Assembly: GCF_032191835.1 (NCBI RefSeq)
Contig: NC_083226.1
Location: forward strand, 154,690,001-154,754,000
Reading direction: 5' to 3'
Origin: Heteronotia binoei
Taxonomy: Eukaryota
Length of the DNA stretch: 64,000 nt
The stretch's first letter is position 1, and each line of letters opens with the position of its first letter. This document shows, piece by piece, positions 23,512-35,700 of the stretch. The position numbers and the translations under genes were made by a program. Under the pieces are notes generated by a model. It saw nothing but the letters and a program-made list of their open reading frames with translations. It ran no database searches and was not told the origin of the DNA.

Positions 23512-23996
23512 TAGGAATGGGCATGAATCAGTAAACTGGTGGTTCATGGCTCATTTGATTGCCTGAACTGGTGTTTCGTTTTGGTTTGTTTGTGGGTCGT
23601 TGGTTCATCCAGTTCCTCTGGTCCCCAGTGAGCTCCGAAGGCATTTAAATGCCTTTGGAGCTCACTTCCCCTTGGGCATGGTCAGTTTCAATTGAGAGGA
23701 GTGAAACTAACTACCTCCCCATTCGCTTTGCTAGGGACACTAGACAACAGTCACATGGTTGGGGGAGGCATTTAACTGCTTGCCCCTTCTTTCTCCAGCT
23801 GGCCTGCAGCAGCCACATGACTAGGGGAGGGGGGGCATGGCCATGGGGTACCTGGGGAAGCGGAGGCTTGAGGGGAAAGAATAAACCCTTCCTGAACCTC
23901 CGTGGAAGGTTTGGGAAGTTCATGAGAGGTACATTCACCCGAGCCAGTACAAAATAGCCCAATTCATGCACGAATCGCAGTTTGTGCTCATTCCTA
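23512..23996. mobile_element. hAT MITE (TAGGAATG TIR)
   Basis: TIR TAGGAATGGGCA / TGCTCATTCCTA; perfect 8-bp TSD CTCCTGGA. Confidence 0.85.
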
Positions 23997-26900
23997 CTCC
24001 TGGATTGATCTGTGAAGATTGAAAGGCACCAGAATAGGTGATAGTGCTGAGTTGTAATTGAAGTTTTCCAGTGTGGAGGGGGAGAAATAGTTTTGAGAAC
24101 GTTCTATAATGCTGTGGGAATGAAATTTGCTAAGGAGTGGGGTAATGGCAACTGTGCTTGACAGGGAGGTTCATTGATGAATGTGAAGGCTTTTTCTTTT
24201 AGCCTTCAAGAGTGATATACAAGAAAATTGCTTTAACAGTTTTGGTTGATGAGAAAATTGTTTCAATCATTTGAAATCTTCTGCTTGTTGCAAAATGTAG
24301 CTAGGAAGCATGCATGGCATTTTGATCTAAAATGAGTATATAGAATATCATTAGTGTGTCTACATGACATTTTTGGCAGCACAGAATTTGAAAGACTCTT
24401 ATGATAATACTATATCTCATAGAGTTGCAGATTGATTTTGCTGCAATATTTCCACAGAATAAGGTTAACTTTTGATTTAGACTAGTGACAGTCTTACTGT
24501 GTGTGAGAGAAAAATATACTGTTTTGTGTATACTTGTAATTTTGTTATAAAAATGGAATCAAGAAACAGTGAAAGATTAGTGGGGTGAACTTCTTGGTAT
24601 ATCTTAACACTTGTGAAAAACAACGTTACAATATTTTTTGCTGGAAATTAGATTGGCCGTGCCATTCTGAAATAGTAGAATAATTAAGCTTACTTTGGTT
24701 GCCTGTTCTTCCTGCACACATAAAAAGGCACTGGAGATCATGGGTCCCCAACATGGCTTTTGTGGGCTCCATGTTGCCCACTGACGCCATTCCTGGTGCC
24801 CGCCAAGTGTGTTTAGAAGGTGAGTGGACTTCTGATTGGACACTGGAGCTGATTGGCTGTGCAGTGAAATTATACATTGTATTGTTCTATGCAAGGGGTT
24901 TACAATATTGGCCATTTTATTTTCAATCCTGCTCCTAGAAAATCCTTTAAACCACATGTTTAAAGTTAGGGTTTTCAGTTGTAGCTTGCATCACCTTTAA
25001 CACTTGCCAGCACTGAATGTCATTTGCTGCATTGTTGCTCTCATCCAATTTAGACAGATCCTCCTGTAAACTCTTTATCATCCATCTTGGTTTTCAACAT
25101 CCTGAATATTTTGTTATCATTGCACCTTCATTAATATGCCAAATAGTATAGATCTATATACTAGCTTAAGTTATAAATGTGTATTATTAATTAATTATTA
25201 GATCTTCCAAACCCCTGCTACCTCTGTAGCAGTATGTTAAATTACAGTATGTTAAATTAGTAATATGCTTCAGTTTGAGAGAGAAAATACTGCATATGTT
25301 TCAGTGGGGTTTTTTCCCCTAAAAAGAAAGTTTAGAAGGATTTTTTTTTAACGATTTCCAAATTTCCAGAAATTTTGCCGCTCTTGTTTTTATCCCACCC
25401 TTCCTCTAAGGATTTGGAGACAGCATACATCGTTCTCTTTTTCTACGTTTTAATCCTCACAGCAACCCTGTGGAATAAATTGTACTAATTGATTGGACCA
25501 AGGTTATCCAGTGATTGCAGAGTGAGGATTTGAATCTTCATTTCTCTAGTCTTAGTCTAATACTCTGGCTCTCAAAAATTCTGCTCTCTAATAGTTTCTT
25601 TTGGAAGAGTAATTTTTGTTTTTGAAATAAGGTTGAAAAGCATGATGAAAAACCTTACCCCTGTTCAGATTTCCACTCTCAATCTAGACCACGGTGTGCT
25701 TCAGTTAGAGGGGAAAGGGTCAAAATTACCTGTAGAACAAGAAATCCCAGGTGTCATGGATAATCATATGGGTAATGCAGTGCCTGTTCCCCACCTGGAC
25801 CAAAGAAAATATAGAGAAGGAGAACCTGTGCCATCCAACTTTCTGTTTTCTAGTTGTGGCAATATTTGATTATGGAGAATGGTAAAAAAAAAAATGAGTC
25901 AGTGATGTAGATGACAGTCATAGTCCTGGATTAGTCTCATTTGCTCATCTCTTCAGATTGGTAGTGAAATGGATGCTTGCTTTTACATACAAGCACAAGA
26001 GCTGTTTTTCTCTACGATGTGATCATGATGGGATGTGAATGTGCTCTGATAGGTCTTGTTTGCTTGGGGGAAGACTTCATTACTGAGGTATGTGCCGACC
26101 TCATACCAGTGCAGTGCCACTTTGGAAAGCTTCTTTGGTGATTTTAAGGTCTGCATCAAGGGATTTTATTTTTTATACTCCTTCCAAAACAGATGAAAAA
26201 CATAAATACTTTTTTTCTTGACATGCTCATTTGACAGAATTAAAATGGCTTCCTTTTAATGATCTTGTTGAAGAAATACCTTATTTTTTGTTCACAGAAC
26301 AATGAAACATTTTAGATGACTCTGAGGCAGTTTGTATTTGAGATGTTACACCAAATCACTTCCATAGCAAAAAGCTTTGAAAGCGAGGGTAACTCTTGCC
26401 AATATTATGTTGAAAGCACAAAACAAAAGAATAGGAATCAGCTTAATTATATTTTCAGTGAAGCTAAATTATAGGGAAGTAACTTTTCCCACCCATTATA
26501 TGCTCTTGAAATTAAAGGTTATAACAAACTGTTAGTGGTACTTATATACCAACACCATTCTCTTTAATCTCTCTTTGCTTGTGGTTTGTACTGCTTGCAC
26601 TTGAAACCGGACAGAATGTTCTCTCTAGGGTCCCCTGTCTCTCCTAGTAATCCTGAACTTCTCAAATTTGATACAGGAACAAACTTTTCTTCCTGTAACT
26701 TCTACAATCCCCCAAAGTTCTAATATAATGTGTAAGGAATTTCAGCCACTAGAGTGAAATTGGATAGTTTTTAGTGTGTGGCAGCCTCCTGAACAATTAA
26801 TGCCGCCACGGAAATAGTGTGCTGCCTTGCTGTTGGCTACAGACGAGATTTTGCACAAAATAAAAGTTTCTTTATTTGGTTAGAATTTTTAATTTGGTCC

Positions 26901-27082
26901 TTTAAAGGCATATTGCACAGCCCTGTAAATAAGCCAAAAGGGTGAACAGCAAACTAGCAACTCATGTTCATAAAGCTGGGTACCAAGACAATTCAGTAGA
27001 AAATGAATTCCAGTATGGTTTGTGTGCATGCTATATTAGGGGGCATTAGAGAAGATTTTGAGTTTAATTCCTCAGTTTAGTT

Positions 27083-28613
27083 CAAGGTTGTCAAAGATGC
27101 TGGTCCACAGGGCTGCATTTGGCCTGTACAGGATTCTTATCCATCCCTTGAGCAACTGGCTGGTTCTTGCTTCCTTCTTCAGTTCTGCTTCTGTTGCATT
27201 GCAGCTTGCTTTGCCAGACTCTCTCAATCACATAGGATAGATAAATAGGCAAGTCTTTGTTCTCTGCATTGGTTGAGGCTTCTCCCCCTTCCTCCCAGGG
27301 GGAGGGAGTGAATGAGCCAAAGCTTGCTTCCTAGCCAGGCTTCCTCAATTGCACAGGAGACAGCCTTTATTCCCTTCCATTGGCTGATACTCCTCCCCTT
27401 TGCTCAGCTGCCTCAATTGCATGGAAGAAATACAAAGCAACTTTAAGACCAACACAGTTTTATTCAAGATATGAGCTTTTGAATGCCTTGCTACAGTGTA
27501 TATGTGTATTTTGTTGGGCTTGTTATGCTGTGTGTGTGTGTGTTTTGTTGGGTTGATTATGCTGTGGCTCTCCTGGATGCAACTGGGTTTCCCTCCCCTT
27601 TTTCATTGTATTCATGCCCTCGTGATCCAGTCTTTCTCAGTAGGAAAGCAATGTTGAGATGAAGAGTAACAACAAGCTGGTGAGATAGATAAGACTGAGA
27701 GTGTGTGTCCAGACCAAATTCACCCATCACATTTCCTTTGTAGACTCGGGGTTTGAACCTAGGCTTCCCAGAAAGCAGACTCATACTAACCACAATACAT
27801 GGCTGTCTCTCTATTCTTGCACTGCCTCATAGAAGTTGTGTAATTATTTCTCTGGGGAAGACTATAGTTTTGTAGACAAACACAAAGTTCTACCTCTGTG
27901 TCATGATGCCTTCCCTTCACATGTTCTTGACCAGCACATGAAGCAATTTATGTACAAAAGCTCACAATGCCCAGACATTTCATGTTTTCCCCTGGGTCCT
28001 TGGCTTAGAGCACTGAGCATGAAATTTCTGTAATGTCAGTAAATCAAAAGTAGGTTTGCAGCTTGCAAATACATACTAGAACAGCATACTCAAGATTGCT
28101 ACAGCATAGACATTTTGATGCAATAATTCAGAGCAAGAAGTGTCAGTTATCAGAGATTATTAAATAAAATATTGCAAGAGTTGTTTTGAGCAAGTTTTTA
28201 TTTTAAGTTTTTAAAAAATCTTTAATTGTACTTGTTTGTATCCTTTGTAAAGTTTTTATTTCCACTACCTGGCATTATATATTATGACACACATGGTCTG
28301 ACAAAGTGATCTGGCCAGTTTGGTGTAGTGGTTAAGTGTGTGAACTCTTATCTGGGAGAACTGGGTTTGATTCCCCACTCCACTTACAGCTTCTGGAATG
28401 GCCTTGGATTAGCCATAGCTATCGCAGGAGTTGTCCTTGAAAGGGCAGCTGCTGTGAGAATCCTCTCAGCCCCACCCACCTCACATGGTGTCTGTTGTGG
28501 GGGGAGAAGATATAGGAGATTGTAAGCTGCTCTGAGTCTCTGATTCAGAGAGAATGGCGGGGTATAAATCTGCAGTCTTCTTCCATCATAACAAATGAGT
28601 TCAACACCCCTTG
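27083..28613 (+). mobile_element. hAT non-autonomous element with nested SINEs and a Penelope fragment
   Basis: CAAGGTTGTCAAAG / GTTCAACACCCCTTG; perfect TSD GTTTAGTT; internal sequence shared with 2598. Confidence 0.8.
28314..28583 (+). mobile_element. Squam3-like SINE nested in hAT element
   Basis: Full-length family match. Confidence 0.88.
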
Positions 28614-28749
28614 GTTTAGTTGCTTCCTGTAGTCCTCATAAGCTAAATTGAAAACATCACTTTCTCCATATACATTTAATACTTCACAGTTTCCCTTTAT
28701 ACCTAACTTTCTGATAAATGCTCATCTGAATCTTCCAGATGCAGTCAAA

Positions 28750-30055
28750 TTTCAGGGGGCGATCCTCTCACCAGTGTTGTCCAGCATCTACATGTACCCC
28801 CTTGCCCAGCTGGTACAGAGGTTTGGGCTGATGATACCCAGCGCTATCTGTTGATTCCAGCCCAGTTAACCTGAACAGGGCTTTGGAGACCATAGCTGGG
28901 TGGCTACAGCAGAGCCAGCTGAAACTCAATCCAACAAAGATGGAGGTCCTGTGCCTGAGTCGGGGGAGGGGTAGGTTTGGGAATCATACTCCAGCCCTGG
29001 ATGGAGCACCGTTGGTATTGGTACTGAGGGTAAGGAGCCTAGGGGTCATTCTGGATGCCTTGCTTACTGTGGAGGCCCAGGTCACCATTGTTGCCAGGTC
29101 TGCCTTTTATCATCTTCAGCAGATCACTATAACTTGCTTTACATGGACTTACCCAGGGCTTTTTTTTGTAGCAGAAACTCCTTTGCATATTAGGACACAC
29201 ACCCCTAATGTAGCCAATTCTCCAAGATCTTCCAGTAGGCTCTGTAATAAGAGCCCTGTAAGATCTTGGAAGATTGGCTACATAAGAGGGGTGTGACTTA
29301 ATATGCAAAGGAGTTCCTGCTACAAATAAAGCCCTGGACTTACCTTTGAAGTTGATTTGAAAACTCCAGCTGCTACAAAATGTGGTGTTTTGCCTGCTGA
29401 CTTCAACATCTGCAGGTGCACAATCAGCCATTGCTACACCAGTTGCACTGGCTACCAGTTGAGTACTGGATCCATTTCAAGGTGATGGTATTAACTTTTA
29501 AAGCCCTATGTGGCCTGGGACCAGCATATCTAAGGGACCGCCTCTATCCATACATCCCTCTGAGAGCTTTGCGCTCAGCTGATCAACATCTACTGACTGT
29601 CCCCGGCCCACAGGACATCTGCTTCATCTCGACCAGGGCCAGGACGTTTTCTGTCCTGGCCCCAACCTGGGGGAGCATGCTTCCCTTGTGATCAGAGCCC
29701 TGTGAGTCCTATTACAGTTTCGCAGGGCCTGTAAAATGGAGCTGTTCTGCTCTTTGGTTGAGGCGGCAAGCACCGAATCATTTGGCCTCCCTTGCTGGAA
29801 ACCACCTTATTACATCTGCCCATGTAAAGAGATGCTATTATTATTTCCATGGTGATTCATTGTTCAGTTATCTAAGTAGCTTTCTGGAGCCTTATAAATT
29901 AATGTATATTTCACCATCTTTTAAATGATTTAAAGTAATTTATTGTGATAAGTTGTTTTAGTGATCCTGTAAGTTGTATTGTTGTTACATGCCCTGAGCC
30001 TGCCTTCGGGGAGGGTGGGATATAAATCTAACAAAATGAAATAAATAATAAAACT
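28750..30055 (+). mobile_element. L2-clade LINE 3' fragment (degraded)
   Basis: QGAILSPVL, LKLNPTKMEVL, LHQLHWLPV..IHFKVMVLTFKAL; 3' tail GCCCTGAGCC..GGGATATAAAT. Confidence 0.85.
29154..29336. mobile_element. Palindromic hAT MITE inserted in L2
   Basis: CAGGGCTTTTTTT...AAAGCCCTG with near whole-length self-complementarity; perfect TSD GACTTACC. Confidence 0.9.
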
Positions 30056-30419
30056 GTTTAACTATTACCAGATTTTTGAATGAGATTATAATTATGGTAG
30101 TCTTAAGAAAAATATGAGAAATGTGTTGCAAATGTAATGTGGCAGGCACATGCTGAGATAATTGTTTTATTGAGACTTTTAAGTTACTTACAGTATATTG
30201 TGTATGAACGAGGAGAATGTTCCGATTCCTGTAATCATCTACTTTCCCCCTCCCTCATTCTCCCAGTCTTGAAACTATTCCCTTCTAGCAGAACGCTGAC
30301 AGTCTTGGAAATGGAACTAAAGTAAGAGAGCTTCTTAACTTAAGATTGGACATGAACGATCTGTTAAAGTACTGTTGCTATTCTCCTAACGTGTTTCCTT
30401 ATTGCCTATTCTTTTGCAG

Positions 30420-30517
30420 ACCCTTCTGATAATCTGAGAGAGATTCTCCAGAATGTGGCCAAATTGCAGGGGGTTTCGAATATGAGAAAACTAGGCCACT
30501 TGAATAATTTTACCAAG
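30420..30517 (+). CDS. RICTOR: RICTOR exon 3 (98 nt; DPSDNLREILQNVAKLQGVSNMRKLGHLNNFTK)
   Basis: TTTTGCAG acceptor, AAG|GTACAC donor, phase consistent. Confidence 0.97.
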
Positions 30518-32462
30518 GTACACATTTTTATAACTTTTATACAAATCTTATAAAGCATTTTTTGCCTTAGATAGCCAGATGAATTAATTAACAGTGTTCA
30601 GGTTATGAAATATTATTGTGAATTAATATGTTAACTTGAATGCAAACTAAATCACTTGGTCAGTTAAGTTGATATGGTTAGTTGTGAGCTTTAATGATCA
30701 TGAGCTGTTTGTAACTGGTAAGAGAAGATTTTTATGTGCTATAAAGAAGCTAGCATCTACATTTTTGCTGAGCAAATTTGTCTTGACAGTCCTACATTCC
30801 GAAACATGTTTGAACAAAGGCAGTCCAAAGATGTGTTATGATAAAGTCTTAGCACCAAATGGTGAATTTTTAAATTTTCTTTTCATTGATTTACTTGTAC
30901 TTCAGTTATTTCTCTGTGCTTTATTGTTTGGGCATAAGTTTTCGTTGTTTTGAGAACTATCAGGTTCTTGTGTCCTATTAGGTTTGCATAGGATCTTCCT
31001 ATTATATAAATCCTCTTTGCATTTTGACTTGGAATTCTTTTACATATGAGAGAAGATGTAGCTCTTCTGACAGTAAGGAGCAAAATGTCCATTGTTAGAA
31101 TGGGCTGTGTGTGTTTGTGTGGAAGCAGATCCGTATGGTGATGACCCCTGGTGGAAATGAAGAGCATAACCTATAGACACACCCCCTTCCCCACTTCACA
31201 GTTTCTGTTTGTGGAACCGGGTCACCAGCTGTCAGGGATGGTAGCTTTGCGCTTCACTGAAAGTTTGCCTTTCCTTGTTTTGTACCAAGGCAAGATCCAT
31301 GAACAGAAAATTCACTCCAGGCTAGCCAGTATCCCTGCTGTGTTTTCAGACTTTAATATGGAACACAGGTTGGCTTCTCATCAAACAGTTCGTATCATTG
31401 AGAGCATGAGCTGTTTTTATTTAAATAGATTGTTGCTGATTTTGACTAATTTTAAAGGTAGGTAGAACACATAGATAATTATAATCATTGTTCTTATCAT
31501 TCTCAGCCATTCACGTAAATCCTTAGAAGTTACTAGCCTGTAAATTTTTACTAGCCAAGCTGTACACATACCTATGTTAGTCATCTGTGGAGTGAGGAAC
31601 ACATTACCAACTATTTGGAAAGCTTTCCTGCCTGATCATATGGAAACAATACTTGTCATAATCAGTCAAGCAATTGGATTTTTACATGCTGAATTTCTCA
31701 TTTATGAGACTGAGCTACAAGCCCTAATACTTGGCCTTGTAGTCCAGGGGGACCACAGGTTTAAGTTCTGTATAAACATGGGAAAGATTATTTGATTTTG
31801 ATGCTATCTTTTCTGTTGAGCATCACATGCTATCTTCTCCATTAAGTATCACAGCAGAAATCTACCAAACTTGGCTGTGGATAGCAGAGAGCGTTTTCTA
31901 CATATGCAGGTTTCTATGCTGAGATTCAGATGTTTACAGAACACTCTGCTAACATAATTTATGAAGCAAGCAAAGCAATAAATCATTAAGGTTATACTGA
32001 CTAGTCTCTAAATTAGTTATTGTTTTGCAGAGATGGTAGTTGTTTAGAAGGAAATGAAAAACCTGATCCTATGTATTTTTTCCTCCTAGGGTATAGGTTC
32101 CACTGAATTAGTGGGTGTTACTTCCAAGCATACGTTCATAGGATTGCAATTTTTAAAGTAAGGAACACTTGGAGGAACATACCCACAGGCCCAGACCCTT
32201 GGGATCACCTAATGGCCAAGCCAAGTATTACAAAAGAGTACTTTTCAAGGTTTCAAAAGAGTACAATTGGATGTAGGTCTCTTGCTTGGTATATAGGCTG
32301 ATACTCTGCACCTTTGCTTGGAAATTATCACTATTAAATGAAATGGGGTTAGTTTGTATAGGATTGTAGCTATAGTAGGTTATTAGCAACACTGTAGATA
32401 CTTCAAGAGCTCTTAGGGTGGGTTGATCTTCACTGCTTATTTTGGGGAGCTTTCTTTTTCTT

Positions 32463-32768
32463 NNNNNNNNNNNNNNNNNNNNNNNNNNNNNNNNNNNNNN
32501 NNNNNNNNNNNNNNNNNNNNNNNNNNNNNNNNNNNNNNNNNNNNNNNNNNNNNNNNNNNNNNNNNNNNNNNNNNNNNNNNNNNNNNNNNNNNNNNNNNNN
32601 NNNNNNNNNNNNNNNNNNNNNNNNNNNNNNNNNNNNNNNNNNNNNNNNNNNNNNNNNNNNNNNNNNNNNNNNNNNNNNNNNNNNNNNNNNNNNNNNNNNN
32701 NNNNNNNNNNNNNNNNNNNNNNNNNNNNNNNNNNNNNNNNNNNNNNNNNNNNNNNNNNNNNNNNNNNN
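32463..32768. other. Assembly gap (306 N)
   Basis: Run of N. Confidence 1.
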
Positions 32769-35700
32769 GGATGCCTGTGACACCTAATGTAAGCATGTAG
32801 ATATAATGGATTGAGTGCCAGAAGTAGAACTTCCTCATCACCTTAAGCAATTCTTTTCAGTGGTCAGCTGGTTTATAAATTCAGCTGTCATCTGTCAAGG
32901 ACTGGACATGAATGAAGGAACTGGCTCTCTGAAACACAGTTCTTCTGTGGCTCCAGCCTGTTAGAAACTTATTGGTTTGGATCTTATGAGTTCTGTGCAT
33001 GCTAGATAGCCTCTGCTTGTGGAGCATCCTTCCGGTTCCACTAAAACTTCCATTTTCACAAGATCAGTGATTTTCAGTGGGCTCAGTGCAAATGGAAGTT
33101 TAGTGGAAGAGAAATTTCCCTCTGCTGCAAAAGCTCTCTAGTGTGAGGAGAACACATTGATTAGGAAAAGAAAAAGAAAAATTCTCTGTGTTATAGGTGG
33201 TGGCTATGAAAAACTGTGAGCAGAGCTCAGTTTGCAGAATGATTTATGTTGTCTTTCCCATCTTGCTGTTGCTTCTGAAAATATACAATAAGGAACTGCG
33301 GAGAATTATTCTTTTCATCCAGTGTTGTCCTCAAATGGCTTTCACTGACTATAGGGTGTTAAGCTTTGTGTTAGGGCTCTTGTGTGATTTGGTTGTTTGA
33401 AGTATGTCCCAAGAATTATATCTCCTATTTAGGGAAAGACAGAGGGAACTAGTGATGTGATCTCCCAACCATGTGAGTGTCACACAGTTGTGTCTCTTGC
33501 TTGACGTGATTTCTCTATATCAAGTAACAAGCGTAGCTAATGTCTGACCAGCAGACACTCAAAGAATGTTTGTGGAGTTGCTATTAACACATTTTTACGA
33601 AGCATCTATCAAGTGATTGAGTGTCTTTTTGAAAATTATCTTTTAGAAGAGAAGCCTAGTAACACCAGAAGACAGATTTAAAGAAAATTGAGCTAGTTAT
33701 AGGTATTGTAGGGCAGCTAAAGCTTGCATGTAATTGTTTTGATTTTGTAGATGTTTTTCGGCACAGAGGTGCAAAAAATAACAAAACATCCAAATGAATT
33801 CATTCAGGAAGCTGACTTTTTTGGCTTGTAGTTCACTTTCCATTCTTCCTCTTCTTAATTCAATTTGCTGTCATTTATATGGTAAGCATTCTTCAGATCA
33901 CGGAAACACTCAAAAAGTGTTTTGTTTGTGTGTGACAGCATCCCCCCCAAACAAACAAACAAACAAACAAGTGCTCTAAAACCATAAGCCATGTCCAGGT
34001 CCTGGCCCCTAAGTGCCACAGTGCTTTGAATACTGTTTTTGTATTCTTGTTTCTGATACAGAGGCAGCAGTACTTTGGGAAATTTTCTAAGAATTTGTTG
34101 TTCCTAATGGCAACATGACATTTTCAAAATGAAGTAATATTGATCAATAAAGTGATGAAAACTTTTGAACTTTTGAATAATTGGTATATTCAGTAGTCAA
34201 TATGACCCCATCTGTAGATACTTAAATATGTGGATCAGGGCCATGGAGACAGAAAACAGATTTTTCTGCAAACATGAGGCCCCTCAGGTTTGCAGAAAAA
34301 TCTGAGAACTTTAAAAAAGACAAGAGCATTGTCTGCAGCTGGGGAGATAGGGAAATGGCAGGAACCATGAATATTCCCCACAGAGTGGTGAATAGGGCAA
34401 TGTGAGATACGTTCCACCATTGCTGTTGCTGTCCACACTGCCGCTGAGGTGGTGATGCTGCAGCTGGGCAGGAGAAGATTTGCAGCATGTAGTGAAGCTG
34501 GGGGAGGAGGAGCACAATGAGGTGACAGTGGTGAAAGCCACCACTTCCCCCCATCGCAAAACAGGAGGTGGAAAGGGAGCTGCTGCTGCCCCCACTATCA
34601 CTGTGGAAAAGTGGCGTGGAAAAGGGAAGTGAGCAGGGGAGCACCAGGATACTGTTGCAATTAAGAATTTCCCCAAATTCATCACAGATATTCGCTGCTT
34701 GTTACATTATATTCCTAAGCAAGTTAGTGGTAGAACGGTGGTGAGAAAAGTACTTTGAGGACTCGAGGAAATTGAAATAGTCTCTTCACCTTAGCACATC
34801 CTTGACGATTGATGGTGCCAGGAAATGAGCAGTTGTATTTTGCAGCATAATTACAACAGCACAGAGAACAGTCCTCTTCTCCTCCCCCCCACCCACAACT
34901 GAAAGCAATTGGCTATTGAGTGGAAGCTTGGCAGTTTGTTTGTAGGGGGGCTACCGCACAGCTGCTGTGGCCCAAAGTGGAATAGTAGTAGCAGTATGAC
35001 CTTGAGAACTGGGCAAGAGGACTTTGAAACAGCATCTGCCCTTCCATATGTTTTTGGTCAGTGCTTCTGAAAAAGGAGCCAGGGGTATTGCATGGCAGAG
35101 TAACAGTTTTAGGGAATGGTTCTCTGAGGACACCACCCTGTTTCTAAGGCGTTGGTGGGGAAGAGGCTACCCTGTGTCTTAAAGAGGGAGCAGTGCAAGA
35201 TTGCGAGTGAAGGGGCTGTGTCTCAGTGATAAGAACAAGTCTTATATTCAATCGCTGCCCTTTCCAAATAAAAGCATCAGGCTGTGGGCAACGTGAACAG
35301 CAGACCTTAGAGAGCTGCTACGGCTGTTCTTGCCTTGATCAGTGTCTTGCGTCACTACAAGACAGCTTAATGTATTCATGGAATGGAACAGAAGAAACGA
35401 ACAGCATCTGTCCCCTGATGCTGATTTTTATATTGTATGGATTTTGTAACCCACCTTGAAGGTCCTACATGGTGGAAGGTGAGGCGATAATTTTAAATAG
35501 AGGCAGTGTTATGCAGTTGCTCTACTTTGAGTTAACTGATTTAAAGTGAAGCAGTATACTAGTTTTTTTTTTCTTTGAAAGCTTCTATTTCGTTAAACTT
35601 TTCCTCCCGCCATGCTTTCTTTTACTGAGCAACCCCTGTCCTAGACAGCTTCCCTTACAACAAAGAAAAAAATTATTATTATTTTAAATGGCATCTACAG

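Noticed and set aside
32423-32850. ORFs spanning N runs (also 17541-17849)
   Set aside because: Artefacts of translating assembly gaps.
34222-34685. Overlapping 124-140 aa minus-strand ORFs
   Set aside because: Low complexity, no splice or homology support.
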